64,000 nucleotides of DNA from contig JBITNC010000001.1 in NCBI GenBank assembly GCA_050084985.1, forward strand, positions 112,468,001 to 112,532,000, given 5' to 3'. Shown piece by piece: positions 27,273-38,490 of the stretch. Source of the stretch: Nageia nagi. Lineage: Eukaryota > Plantae > Pinophyta. The notes beneath the pieces are model-generated. The model worked only from the letters and a program-made list of their open reading frames with translations, was not told where the DNA came from and did not search any database. How positions within the stretch are numbered: the first letter of the stretch is position 1; the number at the start of each line of letters is the position of its first letter. A program made the position numbers and the translations under genes.

Positions 27273-27502
27273 ATTCCATCTGCATACAAATCACACAGCT
27301 TTAGTTAGTCAATAAACTCCAAAAGTCTTCAAGTTTTTTTTGTTGAAGTTGTCTTCTTTATTTGTCTTATGGACATATCTAACAATCTCACACTATTCCA
27401 TCTCCATACAAATCCCACCGCCTTAAATATTTATTAAACCCCACCATTAACAAGATTCCATCTCCACACGCATCACACCTCTTTAATTAGTTAATATACC
27501 CC
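27273..27502. repeat. Three copies of a ~50-bp motif upstream of type-A 2OGD
   Basis: attccatctccatacaaatcacaccgc.tta...aataaacccc-like units at 27273, 27395 and 27455. Confidence 0.8.
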
Positions 27503-29019
27503 TCTCTTGATAGATGTAATGTCAAAATATACATTTTAAGTCATACATTTTTTTAATTAAATAGTGATTATTTTATATGTAATTATTTTTTTTTTTTAAA
27601 TTATTCTTGTTAAAATAAATCTAGGTCTGCATCTACCATAACTTGATGGGACTTTAGATATCATGCATTTGAGAGGAAGACATTTGAGCCAAACATCTCC
27701 CTTTTTTTAATTGAGAATCTTAACAACTTGTTTTCTCACCAACTCCCGTAGTAATCAATCATAATATACTTAATTTAAAATACCATGCATGTGAGGGGGA
27801 GATATTTTACCCTAAATCCTCCCTTTTTCCAATTTAAAGATAGTAATGGTTTATATGTAATATTGAAAATTGGATGATGTACACTTTTTTTTTACAAGTT
27901 GGTAGTAATGTATACAAGAGAAGTGTATTGGATTATATGAATAATTAAATAATTGTATATCTTGTTATGACAATTAATAACAAAATATATGAACATATAT
28001 CCAAAGTTACATTCAAAGGTAAATTCTTTTTGTATTTATTTTAATCTTATAGATAATTAGGTTTTGCACTTCTTTTGTACAAAAGGAAACATCAAAGGGA
28101 TTAAGAAATTAAATAAACAATACAACAATCATTTCATATAAGAATAATTTTTATAGATAAAAATTCAATTTACCAATTTACACATAAAACATATTACTCT
28201 CTAATTCAACAATTCAATTTATTGATAAAAATAATGAATTGTTGTTATTCTAATGTTGCGTGCTTTATTGATAAGAATTCAAATAAATTTTAACAAAGAT
28301 TTATATTAAATATTATGAAATTTTTAGGTATATATTGATGATCAAGAAGATATAGGTTACATGATGAGAAATAGTTTATACACACAATTAATATCATCAT
28401 CCAATCTAACAACTCAATTTCAATTAATAAAAATAAACAAGTCTTGTCAAAATTTTATGTAGATTGCTACAAGAGACCAAAATAGATCTCCAAAATTGAT
28501 TCACAACACACAAGTAAATTAATGGAAGAATAATATTCACAACAAGAATTCTTTATTCTTCTGAATCTATACTAATTCATTAAAAGGATTACAATAAATT
28601 TTTATAAATCATTCCTTTTCCTCTCTCTAATTAAAAAAAAAAACTAAAATATAGCTTAGATGAAGTTCAAAATGGAGCCATGAATGCATTACTCAATACA
28701 TGAAATTATTCTAAAAATAGAACTTATGTTAGAACTAAAATTAAAAGCAAAATTTGGGTTATACAATAATCATTTTAGGCCTTAGAATTTTTTCTTTTAG
28801 GAAATGGTACAAGCTTGTAGATTTTCTTATTCTACAAGATTTAATAAACAAACAGGCTCCAAACGATATCAGGATCAAAAGTTACACCCTTTAGAAGTTG
28901 GCATATTATTTTACTGCATAAAGAAAATGTAGCTAGATATTACAGGTTCATCATTCTCCTTTGGTTGAAGAAAACTTAGCTCCTAAATTCTATTAATATG
29001 AGAAATTTTAAATACTCAA

Positions 29020-29960
29020 AAACCCCTTCATTTTAAACTTTCTTCTTTTCTAGCTAGTCTTTGTGCTCTTCTTTCTGCATCTTAGATTATGAAATCCACG
29101 AATGATCCTCTTCCTTTGCTAAACTTCTATCTTTCTCCATCCTTATCATCCTTTGAAAGAACTAGTTATCAAATTCTATGAAATAAATTCATCCCAAAAG
29201 TATGTTTCACTTTCATATTTCTCATCAAAAGCTTGCTGGTCAAAAAACTCATCATACTTTTGAGCATCCAAATGATTATCCATGTGCTCGACTACTATGT
29301 TTAGAAGAAATTTTGTTTCTTCTTAGAAATTTTGTTTCTTCTTAGAAATTTTGTTTCTTCTTATTCTTTGGCCTCTCTTGCTAAATCAAATAACTCTAAT
29401 ACCTTTGCTGAAATGATATTTTCATATCCTAATTCAATTCCCAATATCTTTTAAAAAATTTATCCATCTCTATGGCTTCATCTACTAGCTCTATAATTAT
29501 AGAAGATAATTCTATAGCTTCATTTGAATTAACATCCTCATATTTGGTTTTAGCTTAGATGATATCCTTCAAGATCTTATTTATTTTTTGGATATCTTTA
29601 ATGTCTACTTCCTCTTCAGGCATACTCATAATCACCAACTCAAAATTCTCATCTACATCCATATGCTTCCTTGCAAATACATAATTGTAAGGGTTCTCAA
29701 AATCCTTTTCTTTGATGATCAAGCTTTCTTCTATTAATTTCATAATCCTCTCTCTCCATGGAACTTTTAGATTTTTCATAATTTTAATACAAGGTGTCAA
29801 CCAAGCACTCTTTTGACACTCCTTAACCTTAAGGTACTGAGCCTTGAAGCACAAAAGTTTTGCCTTATCTATGAGACATTTGCATTCAAACTTTATAATC
29901 TTCATAGTGTCTTCCAACTACAACTGTTCATGTTGCTTATTTATCTCTTTCCCTTCCATG
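29020..29960 (-). pseudogene. Degenerate K/E-rich internal ORF of the LTR element, function unknown
   Basis: ORF 29555-29917 (120 aa) lies within a longer interrupted frame starting MEGKEI at about 29960, in the element's sense orientation just downstream of the primer-binding site. Confidence 0.5.
29306..29362. repeat. Perfect 19-bp tandem repeat, three units
   Basis: agaaattttgtttcttctt x3; only one unit is present in the paralogous element near 48870. Confidence 0.9.
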
Positions 29961-32405
29961 GTGATTTGAATCCAATCTTTTATCCGATAAGATAAATTGG
30001 TATTGATACCAAATAATGTACATTCCTACAAGAGACCCAAATAGATCTTCAAAATTGATTCACAACACACAAGTAAATCAATGGAAGAATAAAATTCACA
30101 AAATTTTTTTATTCTTTTGAATCTACATTATTTCCTCAAAGGATTCAATCAAATTTTATAAGGCATCTCTTTCCATGTTTCTATTAGAAAAAAACCTAAA
30201 ATATAGCTTAGATGAGGCCAAAAATGGAGTCATACATCCACAACTCAATACATGCAATTATTCTAAAAATAGAACTTAAAGTTAGAACTAAAAGTAAAAG
30301 CAAAATTTATGTTGTACAATAATTATTTTAGGCCTTAGAATTTCCTCCTATAGAAGATTTTACAATCTTGTAGATTTTGTGGTTCTACACAATTTAAAAA
30401 ATAAATGAGCTCCAAACATTATTGGGATAAAAAGTTACACTGTTTAGAAGTTGGGTTATTATTCTCATACAGAAGGAAAGTGTAACTAGATATTGCATGT
30501 TCATCAAAGTTTTTTCATTTACTTTAATGATAAGCATTAAAATTATATTTAATGAAGATTTGAAATTTTTAAAAATATATATCGATAAAGATCAAGAAGA
30601 TATAACTTACATAACAAGAAATAATTTTTATGTATACAATTGATATCGCCATCTAATCTAAGAATTTAGTTTATTCATAAATTGAAACATGTAGTTTTTC
30701 CTTCTATATAACTCTAAACCAAAATAGCTTTGAATTCTAAAAATTTGAATTAAATAATGTTAAATATATTACAAATGTATCATAATATTTTTGGTAGGCA
30801 TGAACACAAAATCTGAGAGTAGTTATTTGATTGGAATATTATAAGACACTTAATTTAAGTGGTTGATATTTATTAGCCAAGGTTGTAGGAAGATATTTGT
30901 TATTTATATTTTACCATAAACCAAAAAGTAGCATTTTGTATAATTTTATTGGCCATGCCTTCCACAAGAAACATGTAAGATAAAACTAAATTTTGCTATA
31001 TTTCAAGCAAAGAATTGATGACCTTTTTTCTTGGATCTGTATCTTTGACAAGAAATAAGGATATTATGCAATTTTGTTCTAAATCTTTGATTTTTTTTTA
31101 AACACATATCATACATTTCCATATATCTAAGTTTATCCAACATCAATTGGAAGCTATTTCTAGCAACATAATAGTCTAGTTCAAAAAAGCATAGAATTTG
31201 TATGTGGGAAGGAACTTCAAATAAAGATGTTTGTAATGGTGGTTGAGTAGCAAAAGACTAGAGGATAGTTGCAAAGGTGGCATCAAAAAGAATTTTTACA
31301 TTTTAAGTTGTCTCCTTGGATAGATAACACCGTTGTTCCTATGATAATATATATGTTACTAGTTGCTTTTATGGAGTCATCTATCTCTTTTACATTGGAT
31401 TTCTGGCTACTAAACATGTATGTACAAGACTTTTTAAAATTATTTGCAATATTTAAGATATGTTTTGTAAGTAACATATTGTATATGGGATACAAATACA
31501 TGATTTTTACATTTTTAATTCATTCCAACATATAAATAGCTTATGTTCGCTAGTAAGCCATGAAAACTTTATGAACAACATGACATGTAGTTTCAATTTA
31601 AATAATTAAAGAAAAATACCATACATTTTAAAAGTAATCGCTCATTCTAAAACTAATGATATCCATCACATTAAATGTATATAATTAAAATTTATGATGA
31701 TACATCTAATCATTTATGAAGTCTAAGATATTTAATAAATGAAAAATGATAAACTTGATTGAATGTTTGAGATACACCATAAAAGATAATAAAAGGTATA
31801 CAATAACTAACAAATATAATTTTAACTAAGAGAAAACATGCATTAAAAATGAAAATTAAAACTAAAAAATAAAAAATTATATAAAAAAAACATGAAAAAT
31901 TATCATATGGTATGAGTGGATTAGATGGAAATTCTAAATGAATTTGACAAAAAAATTCCTTTACACGTGAAAGATAGTCTTCCCTATTACCTCTCACATA
32001 AAAATTATTTTCTCTGATTCCTAAAAACAAAATGATGCCTCTCCTCCCCCCCGAGCCCCAAAAAATACACTTTAACTTGTCAAGTGCTGCGCATGTGCCT
32101 TCCTGCCTTTGAACTCTCCTAAGCACCAAGGGATGTGAAGAAGCAGAGATCCAATTCCCCTCTGCTATCGATTCTCTCATTTTCAAAAATCAAATTAATT
32201 TTGGAATTCAAAAGCTTACTACTATCTCTTAAATTTGAAATACTATTCATGGCAAGAAGATTTAAAATAATATCTCATATCTTTCGTATTTATTTTATTA
32301 TATGATTTATCTTTATCATGTAATATATCCTATTTTTAACTTATGTTTTTTCTTGGTAGGTCTAGAAGGCATAGCCATAATCACTTGTCGAGGAAGCTAC
32401 ATAAT

Positions 32406-33140
32406 CTACACACCTGCGTATCTCTCGATGAGAGTGGCCTTTTCTTCTTTAGAATTTTGCCTCTCTATGAGGTATTGCTTAAATTGGGAGAATGTGAAAG
32501 GCCTATAACGTCGTGCATGATGTTTGTCAACCAGTTTAAGAGGTGCCCAAATCTCTTTCTCATTTGGAAAATAAATAAAATAACTCGGTGCTCCACGCTG
32601 CGCTACCATCAGTTTCTCCACGCCTGCACTCGCTAAAGATTGCATTAATTCATCATTACAAAACATTAGACAAACCATGGTAATTCATCCTCACCTTAAA
32701 AGACTCACCGGTGTTGATAAGGAATGAGTTCCATAATGGCTTGACGTTCAACCGAATGCCTTCCTTTTGATCTAATCTGAAGGCCACCATTTTTATCTTG
32801 GTAAAGTATAGTAATTCTGGGCATCCAAATCAAGGCTTGCGAGAATTATTTTGGTTATCGTTCGTACGAGATCTTTCCAGAAAAGCATGCACATTTGAAT
32901 AGTTTTGCTGGAATGGGATAGGAGTAATGAATTGTTTTTAAGCTTGTAAGATGAAAATATGTATATGAGCATAGGAAAACAACATACTAGAAAAATGGAT
33001 TTCCTTCTTGTGGCCATATTTTATGAGAGATTTGAAGTACTGAATGACAATGATGTGGGTCGGAGAATGGGAACATCTCCCGGGAGAGGGAGATCAACTT
33101 CAAGACCAAAATCAGGGAAAGTCTTCATAGAGAAAGGCAT
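32406..33140 (-). pseudogene. 2OG-Fe(II) dioxygenase type B, 3 exons, heavily deleted pseudogene
   Basis: Starts MPFSMKTFPDFGLEVDLPL. Exons 33140-32988, 32907-32695 and 32623-32406 have the same intron positions as type A. It retains KIWPQEGNPFF, YQDKNGGLQIRSK, SVEHRV and FPNEKEIWAP..RYRPFTFSQF. Most of DIOX_N and the HxD and RxS regions are deleted, and there are in-frame stops. Confidence 0.88.
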
Positions 33141-35399
33141 CGTGAAGGATATTTTGCAGGAAGATTAATTTATCGTCAAGGATATCATCATAATAAGTTC
33201 TGATTATAACAAATGAAATGGTCTGATTTTTAGGTTGACTTCTCCTTTCTAGTGTTTTAGGGCCGGCCAACATGTACGCTCATCAAAGCTTCGGCTATCA
33301 TCTCTCCAACTGAGTTGTTTCTTTCAAGAGCAACAGTTCTATGATGAAGCTGTCATGTTATGCCTCATTTAAATTTGTTGACTTATTTGTTCCTTTATAG
33401 ATATAGATATAGATATACAACAGGAGTCGAGTAAGGGAAGTGCTGGTAATCAATTTTTCATGTTGGTTTCAAGTCAATTTAGTCAGATTTTAGGATTTCA
33501 TTGGTTGTGATATCTATTGTTTTTAAGTTTCCTATTATGTTAGGAATAAAAGTTGTTTTGTTATTGAACATTATAATTGTATTAAATATTATTATATGAA
33601 ATAATATCATATTAAATATAAATATTGTACGTAATCAACAAGCTTTAAATATTAATTGTGGAATGTTTACAAATGGAATCAATTTAGATAAATTTTCAAC
33701 GTCTAGTTAATTTTTGAATATGTAAGTTATATATTTGTTTTTTGTAATTTTATGTTAAAGATTATTTCATTTTATTATATTTTATATTTTTCTACATTCT
33801 AAATATCAGATTTAGTGTAATCATTTTTTGGAGAAAGTTCAATCTTAAGGTAAAATATTATAGGAACTTCCTTGTTTCATCAAAAAAGTAAAATTCTAAT
33901 GCTTTCTTTAGTATAATTGTAATCGAGATGTACACTTGAAATGTAGCCAAATCATAATACGTTTAAATAATCATTTATAGATTTAAACTTTTAACTCCTT
34001 ATAGAAGAGTCAAAGCTTGAACCATTATGGTATCAATATTGTGGACATATGGTGCAATCTTAAGAATTAAATAATTGCATATAATCAAAATATAAAATTC
34101 ATTTTCGTAAGGCATTTCATAGAACTTAACTATCTTCAAAATTATTTTGATTTTTTTTTTATTTATTTTTATTAGTGATTAAAACCTTTAATTGTAAATC
34201 CCTACACAACCATTAAATAGAAAAAGTATTCATGCATTCAAAACATATTGGAAGAAGTGGTATCTTAAATAAAAAATATTAAGAATGGAAAAATATAATG
34301 AAATGGAAGAATCATTATACATAATAAAATAGAAAATTAAGAATACAAGAGCACAATATAAGCTTTTAATATTAATATCTATAACCTTTACACAATAACA
34401 TCATCATCATCATCCCATATTACCCTTACTTATTGAATAAGTAGTTCCCTATCTACCTCTTCAATGATGTAAACCTACTTCAATAACTATAGAAATATCA
34501 AAATAAACAATAGAAATGTTTATTTATATTACCAATTCTTCAAAACCATTTATCACCATAATTATCCTAATAAACCAATAACCAAGAATGGTAAAAGAGT
34601 TTTGATAACAAGAAAAAATTATATAATTGAAAGGCATAACTTTTAATCTAGATCTTAAAAACCTGGTCACAAATTTGATTTCCAAAGGAGGAAATTGCTA
34701 CCCAACTATACCTAGTGATAGAAACAAATTAAGAGAAATAATAGCAAGATGTAGTATAAAGAACACTTCTATACAACTAAATAATATAAATAATATCTTT
34801 AGAATATCTTCAATGGATACAATCCACTACATATTTTGCTACAACTAAACCAAGAATGGTAAAATTACATCCAAATAAGTCAAACAATTTTTTTCATAAT
34901 ATTTTATTTCTCTCACAAGCTCTATATGACCTTGAAACCCTATTTTGTTTCCTTGTTTCTTTATTTTATTTTTGAAAAATAAATAATCTCATTCTAATAT
35001 TATATCCTTTTCTCACTAGCACCTATTCAAAGGTTAAATACATACAACCAAGCCAATTATGCATACACCTTAAAATAAGAAGATTGTATATTTATACAAG
35101 AAATGAAAGTTATGCAAATGAGAATGAATATTATATTTATTTTATATAAAACTTATATCATTTTGTATAATATTCATATTTTAAACCATCATATCCATTT
35201 TAGTTAAATGATTCAAAAATTCTCAATTTTTGAAGTTGAAGGAACGTCAAATTCATGTGAGACAACTATAAGAGATATTTATAAAATATCATTGTCAACC
35301 TTAATATTAAATAACTTTCATTAAAAAACTTCTTAAAAGTATTATAAGAATGTATTTAAATATAATTTGGTGTAAAATTGTGATTAAATTCATCTACAA

Positions 35400-36970
35400 A
35401 AGGAGTCATCATGAAAAAGGTGAGCTAAAATCTATACCTGAACCACTAAAACCTTGAACACTATCATCATGAGGGTGAATCCTAATGATATTGTTTGAAA
35501 TAAATTGGAGAGAAGAATCATTAAGTATATGGCTAGGTTTACCATTCTGAAGGAGATTTTGGATAATTTAAGGGATAAGTAAAGGAATACTTTGATCAAA
35601 TACTTCATTGTACTGATGTCATACTTAGATCATATTCATCAATGAATTAGTAAAAATTGGAAAGAATCTCGTTAAGTTGATATGGTTGCTTTACGTCATG
35701 AAGTTTGTCTTTATTTTTGCAAATGCATAAGACCTAAATAAGGTTATAAAGTTTGGCCCTTTATTTTTGGGTGAGAAGGAGCTACTTTTAAAATGATCGC
35801 ATACTAGTTTCTATCTTAAGAAGGATAATATTTATGGTTTTCTTGTATGGGTAAATTTACCTAATTTACCAATATATTATTCGGATATGAGTATGATTGT
35901 TGGACTTTCTAATATAGTAGGATTGTTATTCTTAATTAAAAAAATTCACAAGAATTGAGAATAGAATAAAGGAAGATGAGCTTTACATTCATAGTGATAT
36001 CACAAAGGAGCTAAGGTAAAATATCTATGTTCAAGAGGAAGATAGGAAAACATGGGAACAAGAAATAGTTTATGAATATATACCTATTATTTGTAGCATA
36101 TGTAGAAAATTTGATTATTATGCCAAGGAACATTTGGATAATAATGAAAAAGAGAATATGAATGTCCTTGAGTCATAGGAAGAGTGAAATCTTTATGTTC
36201 AAAGGAATCAAGGATTCTATATAAATGATTGATTTCAAGCAAAGAGTGTTGGAGAAAATTTTAAAAGGTTTACCATCAAAATGAATGTATTAAAATAGCA
36301 AAAGTTATAGAGTAGGATAATTTCCATTAGTAATTACAAATACAAAAGTAATAATTATCGATGAAGAAGTGGAGGAAGCCAAAAATAGGAAGTGACAAAG
36401 AAGTGAAGTAGAAAATACAAAAAAATAAGGAGATAGATCAAGATAGGTCATCAAGAGATGATGAAGAAATAGGAAAAGAATAATAAATGGAGGTTGATGA
36501 TAGAAAGACACCTCCCACAAGAAGACATTTTGATAATACAATAAGAAAGACATAAGACATATGTAAAGGACATATGGGGAGGATATCAAATTATGAAATA
36601 AGAATATAAAATATAATTAAGGATACTACCAATAAAATATAATGCATTATAGAGTAGAGTAGTGATTGTAAGGTCCCATGTGGTACTCAAGGATTATTCT
36701 TAGTTAGAATATAATGATTGTAATACCCAAAATAGGTAGAGGATCATCAAGTACCTCTAAAAGGAAGTTCGTATAGATTTGTTATTTATGTAGGAGATAA
36801 AGATGAAGAATGATAAGCTGCTAGAAGTGGAAAAAAAAATTTAAAGGGATTTTTTTTTTCTAGAGAGAATAAGATGGGCTATCAATGCATCTATTTACAT
36901 TATGAAACCTGACTACTGTAAAAGAAATTCCCTATCCTAATACATCTAATAGATGTCTTCATACATATAG
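35400..36970 (+). mobile_element. Decayed LINE ORF1 remnant, copy 4
   Basis: LVWVNLPNLP at about 35842-35872; CSICRKFDYYAKE at about 36090-36130. Confidence 0.75.
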
Positions 36971-38417
36971 TAAAATAATACTCATTTAGTGTATGTACAT
37001 TTGAAAAATAACATAATACATATGGTAGATTGTCACTATTTTATACAAGATATTGATGTAGGAAAAATATTATAAATAAAATTAGATATTATCATAATCA
37101 TTTTATCATTATTTCTAAAAATTAGAATCATGTCAATAATTAAATGTTTGATGTAAGAAAATAATATTTAAATAAAACTTACCTTGTATGTCTTTTAATG
37201 TCTAATCTTACAATAACATATTTTAAAAGATAGTATTTTATAATTAATAACATATATGTTACTATGGAAGTTTTAATATAACTGTATTTAATTCCTTTAT
37301 AGTTGCTACCTATTTATTATTAGATAAGTAAACTAACAAAATAGTTTGTTACCATTGTTAGTTGTATGATACATCTATCTTCAAAGCATTTTTTCACTTT
37401 GACATTGGAATAAACAAAAAATATATTTTATATATCTTTTGTATGAAATGAATAATTTTTGAGCTAATTCAAACTAATCATGCATGTTTTATTATTTGTA
37501 TGGTATATGGAACTAGTCTATCGAACAGTTGTAGCCTAGCACTATTTAACACAACAAGCACAACCAGTTTCATAACTCTTTTCAATTTTTCAAATCATAG
37601 TGTACAATTTAGAAAAAATGCTTGATTTTGTTCACTCATGTTCAAATAAACCAAAGGTAAAAACCTAAAAAAAATAAAAAATTTAAATCTAAACGTTAAA
37701 AAATATTTCATGGTAGGCATACTTGCTAAAAAATTTTAAGATGTGGATTTGATAATGAGATTCAAAATCCCAAAGGGGACACCTATGGCCTAATGAAATA
37801 ATAACTTTTAAAGAGTTATAGTTAGAGAGAAACCAAATCAAAAATAATTTATTTTTGAATTTAACTTATAATATATTTTGATATTTTTCTTTTACTAATT
37901 CTAGCTTTAATTCAAATAATTTTATAATTTTTCATCATTTGTATGCTTTTATTATTATTTCTCTATGATTATTTGCCATCATCTTGTAAAAATAAAGACC
38001 TACAAATGAATACTAATCCATATTCTAAATAGTAATAATAATATGATATATAAACCATTAGAATACAGTTACATATAAGATAATCACTATTACAATAGCA
38101 ATAAAATATATCTAATACTTTGAAATATTTTTTTTAATATTTTATGTTTAATTTAATTATGTTGGTAGTCTAGCTTAGAAGTTTTGAGAAAGCAAGTTCA
38201 AGTCTCCTACACCAACTTAATGAGAAAAAAAATATCCTATTCACTTAAGTTGAAAATAGTATTACTAAACTATAAATAATCAAATTTTAATAAGAAAAAA
38301 TTTATCAATTTATCCATTCTCTAATGTTGAATTAGCCTTCAAGTTAAGAAATGATTTTCAATTTCAATTTCTCATTCTAAAATAATTTACAATGAAAACA
38401 TGATATAGTTAAACAAA

Positions 38418-38490
38418 TCTAGCTTATACACCCCTATGCATTCTCATTGATTGAGAGTTGTATAATGTCATGGATAATGGTCTTCCACAA
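38418..38490 (-). pseudogene. Relic 2OGD last-exon fragment, internally deleted
   Basis: Both ends match 18140-18325 and 53070-53260; the middle is missing. Confidence 0.5.

Larger units (their letters stand above)
28455..30506 (-). mobile_element. Non-autonomous LTR retroelement of about 2.05 kb with two ~495-bp LTRs
   Basis: Direct repeats at 28455-28953 and 30014-30506 ending in ..catca. The minus strand carries TGGTATCA (tRNA-iMet primer-binding site) at 30011-30004 and a purine tract AAAGGAGAA beside the other LTR. 5-bp flanks are aaatt/aagtt. No pol domains recognised. Confidence 0.85.

Noticed and set aside
31710-32186. 158-aa ORF
   Set aside because: No recognisable domain; the C-terminal half is low-complexity F/I/Y sequence from AT-rich DNA.
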